The position numbers were made by a program, and so were the translations under genes. 64,000 nucleotides of DNA, taken from NCBI RefSeq assembly GCF_003991155.1, contig NZ_CP031293.1. One strand, 5' to 3'. Below are positions 38,750-48,232 of this stretch, one piece after another. Every line of letters begins with the position of its first letter. The stretch's first letter is position 1. The notes beneath the pieces were generated by a model. The model saw only the letters and a list, made by a program, of their open reading frames with translations, was not told where the DNA came from and made no database searches. This DNA comes from Escherichia coli (GTDB taxonomy: Bacteria > Pseudomonadota > Gammaproteobacteria > Enterobacterales > Enterobacteriaceae).

Positions 38750-39556
38750 ATGATACCCGAGCAAAGGCGAGACTTTATTTACCGCTATGTCCATGAGAAA
38801 AACGTTGCTTCATTTAATGAACTGGCTGAGTTGATGAGCGTTTCGCATATGACAGTGCGTCGTGATATTCAATTACTGGAAGAAGAAGGCAAAGTTATTA
38901 CCATAAATGGCGGCGTTAAGCTGAACAACCAACTTAAATTGGAGTTACCGTGGCGAGAAAAAGCTGAACTGCATCATGATATTAAGCGTGACATGGGGCA
39001 GCTTGCTGCGATGTTGATCGAACCCGGGCAGACACTCTATTTAGATGCCGGAACCTCATTATTTGAGGTCGCAAAAGCAATCGTTGCCAGCCAGTGCTTT
39101 AATCTCACTATCGTGACAAATGATTTCTCTATCAGCCATTACCTGATGGATATGCAACATATCACGCTTTACCACACCGGGGGATTGGTAGATCAACGCA
39201 ATCGTTCTTGTTTGGGGAAAAGTGCAGCTGATTTTCTGCGCACGATTAATATCGATGTTGCATTTCTTAGCTCCTCTTCATGGGATACACAAAGAGGAAT
39301 GTCAACACCAAATGAAGGTAAAGCTACAGTGAAAGAGGCGGCGCTTACGGTCTCCCGTCGCCGCGTATTAGTGTGTGATAGCAGTAAATTCGGTAAATAC
39401 GGAATGTTCCATATATGCGAGCTCAGCCAATTGACCGATATCATTTCAGATAACCAGTTGCCTTTATCGGCGCAGGAAAGCATTACACAGCTGGGCGTGA
39501 AATTACATCTGGTTAATAGCCGGGAGGGAACGCAGCATGTTGAAGCTGGCGGCTAA
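38750..39556 (+). CDS. DeoR-family transcriptional regulator (YgbI-like)
   Basis: N-terminal HTH FNELAELMSVSHMTVRRDIQLLEEEGKV plus a DeoR C-terminal sugar-phosphate sensor domain. 268 aa. Confidence 0.85.
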   Translation: MIPEQRRDFIYRYVHEKNVASFNELAELMSVSHMTVRRDIQLLEEEGKVITINGGVKLNNQLKLELPWREKAELHHDIKRDMGQLAAMLIEPGQTLYLDAGTSLFEVAKAIVASQCFNLTIVTNDFSISHYLMDMQHITLYHTGGLVDQRNRSCLGKSAADFLRTINIDVAFLSSSSWDTQRGMSTPNEGKATVKEAALTVSRRRVLVCDSSKFGKYGMFHICELSQLTDIISDNQLPLSAQESITQLGVKLHLVNSREGTQHVEAGG

Positions 39557-40313
39557 TCTCGACTGGTTGTTCACAGAACTGCCGATGTCTGCACGGTTTC
39601 ATGCAGCCAGACGGGAGGGGTTTCGTGCTGTTGAAGGAATGTTTTTCTGTCAGCATTCTCTGGATATGCTGAGAATTGCGCAGCAAGAATCGGGAATGAG
39701 CGTGGTGCTGATGAATGCTCCGGCAGGTGACTGGCTACGAGGTGAGCGTGGCCTGGCTGCACTTCCTGGCCGCGATGATGAATACCTGAACAGTTTGCTC
39801 ATTGCCCGCCGATATGCAGGGACGCTGGGATGCAGGCAGGTTCATGTTATGGCGGGCCTTCGGGATCACTCTGTGACAGAAGATGAACAACTGGAGTTAC
39901 TGGTTAATCGCTTGTGCATAGCCTGCGATGTGCTGGCGGAAAAAGATATTACAGTATTAATCGAACCCCTGAATTCTGAAGATATGCCTGGCTATATTAT
40001 TAATAGCCTTCCTCGAGCAAAAGATATTATCCGGCGGGTTTCTCACCAAAATATTGGTTTGCAGTTTGATATTTATCATTGCCAGAAAATTCATGGTAAT
40101 GTCACCCAAAATATAGATAAATATTTATCAATAGTTAAGCATTTTCAGATTGCCTCTGTGCCTGGTCGCCACGAACCAGGTTCTGGTGAGCTAAATGATA
40201 CGTGGATATTAAATTTTATTAATCAAAAAAACTTCCAGGGCTGGATTGGCTGTGAGTATAAACCTTCCACACTGACAACCGAGTCATTACGCTGGATGAA
40301 ACCATATTTATAA
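39537..40313 (+). CDS. Hydroxypyruvate-isomerase-fold TIM-barrel isomerase (OtnI/YgbM/Hyi-like)
   Basis: MLKLAANLDWLFTELPMSARFHAARREGFRAVE... is the typical Hyi-family N-terminus. 258 aa. It overlaps the DeoR gene by 20 nt. Confidence 0.8.
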   Translation: MLKLAANLDWLFTELPMSARFHAARREGFRAVEGMFFCQHSLDMLRIAQQESGMSVVLMNAPAGDWLRGERGLAALPGRDDEYLNSLLIARRYAGTLGCRQVHVMAGLRDHSVTEDEQLELLVNRLCIACDVLAEKDITVLIEPLNSEDMPGYIINSLPRAKDIIRRVSHQNIGLQFDIYHCQKIHGNVTQNIDKYLSIVKHFQIASVPGRHEPGSGELNDTWILNFINQKNFQGWIGCEYKPSTLTTESLRWMKPYL

Positions 40314-40334
40314 AATCTTTTTCTGGAGGAAAAT

Positions 40335-41147
40335 ATGTCGGATACCGTCATAATTTCGTTGGCACCTGTGGCCGCAGACTGCACCAGAGTCATACCCGAA
40401 GAATTGGCGCAGGAAATTTTGGCTTGCGTTGAATATGGAGCAGCAATTGTTCATTTACACGTTCGTGATAAGCAAGGCAAGTTAACGCCAGATACAACCG
40501 ATTTCCAGTCAACCATTGATCTCGTCAGACATCAATCAGACTTAATTATTCAGGCTTCTACGGGCGGAGTCTCTGCCATGTCAATAGCCGAGCGTTGCGC
40601 GCCTCTGGACTGCCCTGGCGTTGAAATGGCGTCGCTGAATGTAGGGTCGGTGAACCTTGGTGATGCCGTCTACGCTAATCCAACACCGGATGTCGAATAT
40701 TGTTCACAGCAAATTACCGCGCGTAGTATTGTTCCTGAATTTGAAGTGTTTGAAATTGGAATGGTTAATAATATTTTAACCCTCAATGAAAAGATAAAAT
40801 TCAGAAACCCCATGTTATTTAATATTGTACTTGGTCATAGAGGAAGTTCTCCGGCGACAATAGATGCATTAATTGCGATGCGCAGTATGATCCCGCGAGA
40901 TGCATTATGGGGTATTACTCACTTTGGCAGAAAGAATTTTGATGTTATTGCTGCTGCGGTAGCTATGGGAGCTAGCGAGGTCAGAATTGGTTTTGAAGAT
41001 AGTTATTATTTAAGTGCAGAGGAGATGGCGGAACAAAATTATCAGCAAGTTAAAAAACTCGCCAGACTTATTCGTAGTATGGATAAACAAGTGGCCTCAC
41101 CGGAAATTGCCCGACGGATATTAAATATCCCAATCCGGCAGCAATGA
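40335..41147 (+). CDS. BKACE-family enzyme (3-keto-5-aminohexanoate cleavage enzyme-like, DUF849)
   Basis: 270 aa reading ...IISLAPVAAD...AAIVHLHVRDKQGKLTPD...IIQASTGG..., the DUF849 signature as I recall it. Confidence 0.7.
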   Translation: MSDTVIISLAPVAADCTRVIPEELAQEILACVEYGAAIVHLHVRDKQGKLTPDTTDFQSTIDLVRHQSDLIIQASTGGVSAMSIAERCAPLDCPGVEMASLNVGSVNLGDAVYANPTPDVEYCSQQITARSIVPEFEVFEIGMVNNILTLNEKIKFRNPMLFNIVLGHRGSSPATIDALIAMRSMIPRDALWGITHFGRKNFDVIAAAVAMGASEVRIGFEDSYYLSAEEMAEQNYQQVKKLARLIRSMDKQVASPEIARRILNIPIRQQ

Positions 41148-41168
41148 CGACAGACAGGACATTTTACT

Positions 41169-42479
41169 ATGACTATAACAACCCTAATACAAAAAGCAGG
41201 ACTTACAATCTGTATAGCTGGCGGTGTACTCGCGGCAACAGGCGGGTTGATGCAATCCGCTGTGCTCTGGCAACCTGGATTGGTGATGCTTACTGCAGGC
41301 TTTGCCCTCGGTGCTGGTTACTGGCCGATACTTCGAAGTTATCAATTCACGTTATGGATTATCGCAGGTTTCGTGGCTGCGATGACCTGGTCGATGGATT
41401 TGATTGTCTGGGGCGGGTTTAACATTACTCACAAATGGATCGTGTTTTTAGTCATTCAGGCAACGATGTTCAGTATGGGTACCAAACTGACGATTCAGGA
41501 TTTTATCGATGTTGCCAAAATGCCATGGGCGGTGTTTATTGGCACCTTCTGCCACTTTGTGATTATGCCGTTGCTGGGGCTAACCATTACGCTGTTATTT
41601 GATTTTCCGCCAGAAGTTGCGGTGGGGATCCTGCTCATAGGTGCCTGCCCTAGCGGTTTATCATCAACTGTTATGGTTTATATCGCTAACGCGAACCTCG
41701 CGCTGGCGGTATCAATCGCCGCAGTTTCTACGCTGGCAGCAACGGTTATGACGCCGTTGTGGGTAAATTTGCTGGCTGGCTCCATGATTGACATCCAACT
41801 TACCGCAATGGTTATGGACGTGGTGAAAATTGTCCTTATACCAATTGGTGCAGCAATTTTGCATGACTACCTGAAAACGTACGCTGGAGTTCGAGGTCGA
41901 CGAACCGTGCAGCTTCTCGCCGGGATCTGCGCCCTGTGGCTAATTTACATGAGCTCTGGTGGTTGGGACTATCTCTTTGACAACGCCAGTGCAGACGTAC
42001 AAATGTATGCCGTGGTACTGAACTTTGTCACGGGTGGCATTGTATGGGCGTTGTTCTATAACTGGCTGTACAGTCGCGTGGAAGGCATTCAAAAGATTAT
42101 GCCAACCATCTCTATGATTGGGATCATCTTCTTTACCACCACCGCTGCGGCAGCTGGTCGTGATAACCTGTTGCAGGTTGGTTTCCTGCTTTGTTTCGCC
42201 ATGTTGTTGCATAACCTTGGCGGTTTCCTGATTGGCTATCTGATGAGTCGCTGGATATTCCGCATGGACGAACAATCGTCCCGTACCGTAGCCTTTGAAG
42301 TGGGATTGCAAAACGGAGGTATGGCGTCAGGTCTGGCAGCGGCAATGGGCAAACTGGCTACAGTTGGCCTTGCCTCTGCAGTCATGACACCTCTCGGCAA
42401 TGTGAGTGGTTCGCTGTTGGCAAACTACTGGCGCAAAAAAGACGCTCGTAAAGCACAGACTGCGAATAAAGACAAATAG
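41169..42479 (+). CDS. BASS-fold (bile acid:Na+ symporter family) permease with an N-terminal extension
   Basis: 436-aa polytopic protein. The motif GACPSGLSSTVMVYIANANLALAVS resembles the BASS CPGG..SNV...A.GN..LS motif. Confidence 0.65.
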   Translation: MTITTLIQKAGLTICIAGGVLAATGGLMQSAVLWQPGLVMLTAGFALGAGYWPILRSYQFTLWIIAGFVAAMTWSMDLIVWGGFNITHKWIVFLVIQATMFSMGTKLTIQDFIDVAKMPWAVFIGTFCHFVIMPLLGLTITLLFDFPPEVAVGILLIGACPSGLSSTVMVYIANANLALAVSIAAVSTLAATVMTPLWVNLLAGSMIDIQLTAMVMDVVKIVLIPIGAAILHDYLKTYAGVRGRRTVQLLAGICALWLIYMSSGGWDYLFDNASADVQMYAVVLNFVTGGIVWALFYNWLYSRVEGIQKIMPTISMIGIIFFTTTAAAAGRDNLLQVGFLLCFAMLLHNLGGFLIGYLMSRWIFRMDEQSSRTVAFEVGLQNGGMASGLAAAMGKLATVGLASAVMTPLGNVSGSLLANYWRKKDARKAQTANKDK

Positions 42480-42514
42480 TCTGCCTGTTGTAACCTTTCA
42501 AAAGGAAACTCAAT

Positions 42515-42934
42515 ATGACGACATTGACCCTGAAACAAGCATTGCTTGCAGTAGAGTATGCGCTTGATCTTGCAGTGCAACAATATGCTGGCCGTCCTTT
42601 AAGTGTGGCAGTATGCGATGTTAATGGTGAATTGCTGAGCTTTGCCCGCATGGATAGAGCCAAACTGTTAACTATTGAATTAACGCAGCGTAAAGCACGA
42701 ACCAGTAGTCGTCTGGGCTGTACGACAGCAGCATTCTTACAGCGTCTACAAAAAGAGCAACTTGATATCAGCTATTTTGGAGATCCCCGGTTTACCGCAT
42801 TACCAGGAGGGATCCCTATTCTGGTTAAAGGAAAATGCATTGGTGCTGTTGCTGTGGGGGGATTATCCGCACGAGAAGATCATGATGCGGCACAGGCTGT
42901 CGCAGATAAACTGCTTGAGGAGATGACCAAATGA
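42515..42934 (+). CDS. GlcG/HbpS-like (DUF336) protein
   Basis: 139 aa reading ...LPGGIPILVKGKCIGAVAVGGLSAREDHDAAQA, the typical DUF336 C-terminal motif. Confidence 0.75.
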   Translation: MTTLTLKQALLAVEYALDLAVQQYAGRPLSVAVCDVNGELLSFARMDRAKLLTIELTQRKARTSSRLGCTTAAFLQRLQKEQLDISYFGDPRFTALPGGIPILVKGKCIGAVAVGGLSAREDHDAAQAVADKLLEEMTK

Positions 42935-43581
42935 AAAAAATAGCCATGCTTCACACCAGTTCAGCCACGCTTGCGGTGATGCAACAACTGATAGGCGATA
43001 TCATGCCTGAGGCTGAAGTGATGCATCTGGTTGAGGAGTCTATGATTAAGCAGGTGATGAAAGCGGGCGGTGTTACGCCAGATATCGCCGCACGGATCGC
43101 TGATTACATACGGATCGCTGAAAAAGCCGACTGCGATATTTTCATTACCGCTTGTTCATCAATTGGTACTGCTGTCGAACAGTGTCAATTTATGACTTCA
43201 GTACAACTGGCACGGATTGACTGTGCGATGGTGGATGAAGCAATCAACAAAGGGGAACACATTGCTGTGCTGGCAACGGTGGCCACAACGCTGAAACCGA
43301 CGCTTGATTTTGTCCGGCGAAAAGTTCAGGAAAGTGGAAAACAGCGGATTATTACACCTGTTTTAATGGAAGAAGCCTTCCATGCGTTATTGAATGGTGA
43401 TATGGGAACGCATGACCGCATTGTGAGTGAAGGATTACAAAAGGCCTTTGGGCAGGCAGATGTTATTATGTTAGCGCAGGCATCGATGGCACGGGTGCTG
43501 CAAAATATGCCTGAGCCTCCGGTTCCGGTATTAACATCGCCAGAAAGCGGTATTCGCTGGTTGAAAACATTCGCGAGTTAA
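42931..43581 (+). CDS. Asp/Glu/hydantoin-racemase-fold protein
   Basis: 216 aa with a Rossmann-like start KKIAMLHTSSAT and a candidate catalytic Cys in ITACSSIG. The second canonical Cys position reads LAQASM, so there is no second Cys. ATGA overlap with the upstream gene. Confidence 0.6.
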   Translation: MKKIAMLHTSSATLAVMQQLIGDIMPEAEVMHLVEESMIKQVMKAGGVTPDIAARIADYIRIAEKADCDIFITACSSIGTAVEQCQFMTSVQLARIDCAMVDEAINKGEHIAVLATVATTLKPTLDFVRRKVQESGKQRIITPVLMEEAFHALLNGDMGTHDRIVSEGLQKAFGQADVIMLAQASMARVLQNMPEPPVPVLTSPESGIRWLKTFAS

Positions 43582-44174
43582 GTCAGGTATAGTTTCTATA
43601 TTAAAGACGTTTACACATAATGGTGTACAGGCCCATTCAGAAACGGAACTGGGAATTTATTAACGGATAATCCGGAAACGTATTAAATGGCAGAAGGTAA
43701 CTACTTTCTGCCATTTCACAGACAGGATGTACATATTAATCGGCCATGATGGTTGACATAAAAAATGCATCGGCAGTGATGTGGCAAGTTTTTCCCGGAC
43801 AATGTTTTTCTTCATCCCACTTGCAGAAAATATATAATATTATATTTTATATAACATTTTCTAACTCATTGAATACACTTGCAAATCTTCTCATTCTTAC
43901 TTAGAAATATTATTAATTTTAACGTTCTTTGTTGAATGTTTGTTTGGTTACAGCCATCTAATTTTTTAAATGCACAGTATCTGTGGATAACTTTGCGTAA
44001 ACACTGGGGACAGAGCTCGTTGAACCAGAGAAAGCACGCATGAAAACAAAATACTCATTCTTTAACCATTCTGTATAAGATCAGATGTCAGATCTGCTCA
44101 ATTCCGCTTTCCCGGTCACTGACTCGCTACGCTCGATCGTTCGGTTGCGGCGAGCGGAGTCTCCTTTCTCAAAA

Positions 44175-44800
44175 TCAGGCTTCGTGCATCTGGTCACAAA
44201 CCCGTATATCAATCATCATTGATGAGAAATTATCTTTATGAGGGCGTTTTTTTGGTTTCAGTTTTGCACGGAACCAGGAGATTTTTGGGAGTTGTTTTAT
44301 GTATGTTGTAAATAAAATTTTAATATTGACATCTACTGTACGTGCATAGAGTACGCCGGTGACCAACGTCAGCATTCCACTGTTCCAGTAACTAATTAAC
44401 GTAAGTGAAGTTATCGAGGAAGCAATACTGGATGGAGAAGTCGTCCTTGAGGTATTCACTTTCCTTTCGTTCTGCCCATTAGTGGACAGCTAACTAGTGG
44501 CAGGACATCGGAGTACAGCACCTTCCCGTTGTTATTTATCAGCACGGCAGCTTTCTGGTTATTGACGAGCACAGTTTTCACGCCGCCGCCAAAGTTGTGG
44601 AAGACTCGCACCAGTGACTCATGGGTATGTTCAGCATCCTGTATGGGGCAGCAAAGAGATAGAAGCGACGTGAGAACCCCCTGCGTATTAGTCGCGAAGT
44701 TAATGCAGCATCGTTGTCTGACCAGTACCCCAGTCATGCTGGAGCTGGTAATCCGGCTGAGTTTTGAAGCGAACCGTTTTCTTCGATTTCCGTCTGGGAA
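44175..44800 (-). pseudogene. Degraded IS21-family istA
   Basis: ...THESLVRVFHNFGGGVKTVLVNNQKAAV...GRTKGK, followed by a stop and more similarity, resembles the family pattern H..AF..FGGVP..VL.DN.KTAV...RA.TKGKVE. Confidence 0.6.
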
Positions 44801-44929
44801 GTAATCAGACTCAGCACGGACAAAAATTGCAGCGCCCGGATGGCACGGGTAATGGTCAGATTACCGGATGCGGATTAGGTGCCGCGTAGTGAAGCGCGCC
44901 GGATTCAGAGTCGCTAGTATGGTCATACA

Positions 44930-45140
44930 GCGAAGGAAAGCCGCCAATTTTTGTGCCGGACGTGGAATATACAGCGAATGCTGATGTAAAAGGCGCTCGT
45001 AATATTTTAGCTGCGGGACATACTGTGCTTGCCAGGGAAGGGATGGTGCAGTCAGACCACCCGTTGAAGCGAAATGAACCTGAACCATACGACAACCTGA
45101 AAGTAGCAGGAATCCACGCCCTGAAGGACGTGGAGGAAGT
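44930..45140 (+). pseudogene. C-terminal remnant of an IS200/IS605-family tnpB
   Basis: ...YTANADVKGARNILAAGHTVLAREGMVQSDHPLKRNEPEP resembles the TnpB tail NADVNAA.NILAAGH.VLA.GE. Confidence 0.55.
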
Positions 45141-45219
45141 CAAATCGATGGTAGGTTGTAGGTTTATGGCAACATCTGCTTCATTAGATACATGTCGATA
45201 TACAGAACATATATCACAT

Positions 45220-45903
45220 TTATGAATTTTCTTTTATCCTGCTATTTTGGGGTTTATTGTGAAAGTAACTTTCAAGAACAGGCAGATAGTACCAGGATTC
45301 AGGATGTTTTTTCAGGAATTCATTTAAAAATGATTGCATTGTTAAATATAAATCTTTGTTATTTCCTTTATGTATAAAATCATAAATCCACACGTAATTA
45401 CTGTAATTAGAATCAAAGTATGATGCAATAAAATACGCATTAGCACCTGCGCGTCTTACAATATATTCCCAACCACCGTGCAACCATGCTTTCTTATTCA
45501 GTAGACAAGCTTCTCTTACAGAACCATAGTTTTCGCTACTATACACTGAGGGTATATCTGGTAATATAATCAAATTAGCTCCGTTTTTTACAAGCTTAAT
45601 CATGGCCTTTATTTCTGTAATGCCATTTTTTTCGAAAACAGTAATCTGATGCCCAAGTCCAGAAAGTGAATGTATTAATTCCAACTCATTGAGACCATTT
45701 ACAGAACTTCTATAAAAAATAAAATGTGAGTTAGATTTATATGAAAGTAGAATTTTATGAATGGCTGTCCAGTATTCACCAGAATGTAAAACTACAAACA
45801 CAGAATTATTAAGTGTTTTATGTAATGCATCCAAAAAACAGTCTTCATATATAAATTTTGTACGGTGTGCATACTCATGAAGGGTATTCATAGACACAAT
45901 CAT
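45220..45903 (-). CDS. Hypothetical 227-aa protein, possibly a short LpxL/LpxM-type (lipid A late acyltransferase family) homologue
   Basis: AT-rich ORF. VFVVLHSGEYW, ILPDIPS and KKHPESWYYL loosely parallel the family blocks H.G.WE, .DQ. and PEQYLW. The HX4(D/E) dyad is not exactly preserved and ~90 N-terminal residues are missing. Confidence 0.35.
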   Translation of the reverse strand: MIVSMNTLHEYAHRTKFIYEDCFLDALHKTLNNSVFVVLHSGEYWTAIHKILLSYKSNSHFIFYRSSVNGLNELELIHSLSGLGHQITVFEKNGITEIKAMIKLVKNGANLIILPDIPSVYSSENYGSVREACLLNKKAWLHGGWEYIVRRAGANAYFIASYFDSNYSNYVWIYDFIHKGNNKDLYLTMQSFLNEFLKKHPESWYYLPVLESYFHNKPQNSRIKENS

Positions 45904-45983
45904 TTTAGCCCTATTACTGACAATAATGATAATTGATATTCTGAGCGTATCGAAAATAAGTCCGAATTATCAGAAGGTTTATT

Positions 45984-46756
45984 ATGAAAATACTCATTGC
46001 AGGGGCAACCGGAAGTATTGGTCTTCATGTCGTGAATACCGCTATTGAAATGGGTCATCAGCCCGTGGCGCTGGTCAGAAATAAACGCAAAGTAAAATCT
46101 CTTCCTCGTGGAACAGATGTTTTTTACGGCGATGTTTCAATGCCGGAAACACTCACCGAATTGCCGAAAGATATTGATGCCATCATCTTCACTCTCGGTT
46201 CTGATGGCCAGGGGCGTATTGGTGCCAGAGCGATCGATTACGGAGGAGTGCGTAATATTTTGCGAATATTCAGGGATACACCTGTTCGTATCAGCTAATG
46301 ACCACGATTGGCGTGACTGAGCGGCTCAGCACTTGGAATCAACGCACTGAGGTTCATGACAGGAAAAGACGTGCCGAGCGTCTGGTCAGGGCCAGCGGTC
46401 ATCCCTATATTATCGTCCGGCCCGGCTGGTTTGATTACAACAATGATGATGAACACAGGATCGTTATGCTTCAGGGGGATCGTCGCCATGCAGGAACACC
46501 GGAAGATGGTGTGATATCCCGGGAGCAAATCGCCCAGGTTCTGGTCAGTGCCCTGACCAACGACGAGGCAAAAAATAAAACGTTCGAGCTGGTGGCTGAA
46601 CGAGGTGAAGCACCACAGGATCTTACCCCACTGTTTGCAGAACTGCAGACTGATGATGCACAAAAAAATGATGGGGTTCTGGACATAGACAATATGCAGC
46701 TGAGAGAAGAACCGGAGTGCATTATTAACGAGCTGAACCTGTATTCAAAAAATTAA
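45984..46756 (+). pseudogene. NAD(P)-binding NmrA/SDR-like oxidoreductase, split by a 1-nt frameshift
   Basis: MKILIAGATGSIGLH (a GxxGxxG motif) ...PVRIS stops at 46296-46298. The sequence continues as MTTIGVTER... in the +2 frame. Restoring one T in agc(t)taatg gives a continuous ~256-aa protein. Confidence 0.75.
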
Positions 46757-46897
46757 ACAATCTACAACCCTGACAATTTTGTCATATAGCGGTCAGCCTC
46801 ATGACAGTTTAAGTCTGTATATTTACATACACAAACGGGGATAGTTCCCTTGATACGAATCCAGTTTTAAACATAGATTTTAAAAGAGGTATTAAAT

Positions 46898-47149
46898 ATG
46901 AAAGCATTACTTATTACTACATTGGTCATGGGGTTTATTTCAGTGAATGCCGCATCTGCAGCTCAGGAAATTAACCATGCAGATGGGAAAGAAAAGATAG
47001 GTGTAGTCTCAGCCAGCAATGCCTATACGCTTGATGAATTATCGAATACGCTTTCTCGTAAGGCTGATGAACAAGGAGCAACATCGTTCAAAATTCTGTC
47101 AACCACGGGGAATAACCGGCTGCACGGGGTTGCTGAAATCTATAAGTAA
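46898..47149 (+). CDS. YhcN/BhsA/McbA-family (DUF1471) small periplasmic stress protein
   Basis: 83 aa with a signal peptide MKALLITTLVMGFISVNAASA and the C-terminal motif GATSFKILSTTGNNRLHGVAEIYK. Confidence 0.85.
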   Translation: MKALLITTLVMGFISVNAASAAQEINHADGKEKIGVVSASNAYTLDELSNTLSRKADEQGATSFKILSTTGNNRLHGVAEIYK

Positions 47150-47205
47150 ATCATTAGTATCCTGAGCAGGATGTGTCTTAACCCTCTTATAGCGAGCGTC
47201 GATTT

Positions 47206-47541
47206 ATGTTTAGAACAGAAGACATCATCGATGAGATAACCCAATGGATTGATTCAAATTTACATAAGCCGCTGAAGATAGAGGATGTTGCTGCGCGGGC
47301 AGGATACTCGAGGTGGCATCTTCAGCGGATTTTTGTGCAGGTGAGAGAAATTAGCCTTGGGAAGTACATAAGAGATACGAAACTTAGACTTGCAGCAAAA
47401 GATCTTATCGCGACTAATGAGCCAGTGATGGTTATCGCCTTTAAATATGGATTCGATTCACAACAAACTTTTACTCGGATTTTCTTTAAAAAATATAAAT
47501 TGCCACCATTGAAATATAGGGTAATGACTCCAACTTATTGA
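47206..47541 (+). CDS. MarA/SoxS/RamA-like small AraC-family regulator, with its 3' end altered by IS1
   Basis: ...[30 protein letters not shown]...[15 protein letters not shown]1 enters after codon ~105. Without IS1 the frame would continue ...LKYRNAERRKKLHQPMS*. Confidence 0.8.
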   Translation: MFRTEDIIDEITQWIDSNLHKPLKIEDVAARAGYSRWHLQRIFVQVREISLGKYIRDTKLRLAAKDLIATNEPVMVIAFKYGFDSQQTFTRIFFKKYKLPPLKYRVMTPTY

Positions 47542-48038
47542 TAGTGTTTTATGTTCAGATAATGCCCGATGACTTTGTCATGCAGCTCCACCGATTTTGA
47601 AAACGACAGCGACTTCCGTCCCAGCCGTGCCAGGTGCTGCCTCAGATTCAGGTTATGCCGCTCAATTCGCTGCGTATATCGCTTGCTGATTACGTGCAGC
47701 TTTCCCTTCAGGCGGGATTCATACAGCGGCCAGCCATCCGTCATCCATATCACCACGTCAAAGGGTGACAGCAGGCTCATAAGACGCCCCAGCGTCGCCA
47801 TAGTGCGTTCACCGAATACGTGCGCAACAACCGTCTTCCGGAGCCTGTCATACGCGTAAAACAGCCAGCGCTGGCGCGATTTAGCCCCGACGTATCCCCA
47901 CTGTTCGTCCATTTCCGCGCAGACGATGACGTCACTGCCCGGCTGTATGCGCGAGGTTACCGACTGCGGCCTGAGTTTTTTAAATGGCGGAAAATCGTGT
48001 TGAGGCCAACGCCCATAATGCGGGCGGTTGCCCGGCAT
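47535..48038 (-). CDS. insB: IS1 InsB reading frame (expressed as the InsAB' frameshift fusion)
   Basis: ...[40 protein letters not shown]... matches IS1 InsB. Confidence 0.9.
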   Translation of the reverse strand: MPGNRPHYGRWPQHDFPPFKKLRPQSVTSRIQPGSDVIVCAEMDEQWGYVGAKSRQRWLFYAYDRLRKTVVAHVFGERTMATLGRLMSLLSPFDVVIWMTDGWPLYESRLKGKLHVISKRYTQRIERHNLNLRQHLARLGRKSLSFSKSVELHDKVIGHYLNIKHYQ

Positions 48039-48232
48039 CCAACGCCATTCATGGCCATATCAATGATTTTCTGGTGCGTACCGGGTTGAGAAGCGGTGTA
48101 AGTGAACTGCAGTTGCCATGTTTTACGGCAATGAGAGCAGAGATAGCGCTGATGTCCGGCGGTGCTTTTGCCGTTACGCACCACTCCGTCAGTAGCTGAA
48201 CAGGAGGGACAGCTGATAGAAACAGAAGCCAC
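47957..48232 (-). CDS. insA: IS1 InsA
   Basis: 91 aa starting [43 protein letters not shown]... Confidence 0.95.
   Translation of the reverse strand: MASVSISCPSCSATDGVVRNGKSTAGHQRYLCSHCRKTWQLQFTYTASQPGTHQKIIDMAMNGVGCRATARIMGVGLNTIFRHLKNSGRSR

Noticed and set aside
43685-43714. A perfect 10-bp inverted repeat, aatggcagaa-N10-ttctgccatt, lies ~100 nt after the racemase-fold gene and could be the operon terminator.
   Set aside because: No U-tract follows on either strand, so I could not support an intrinsic terminator call. It may still be a protein-binding palindrome.
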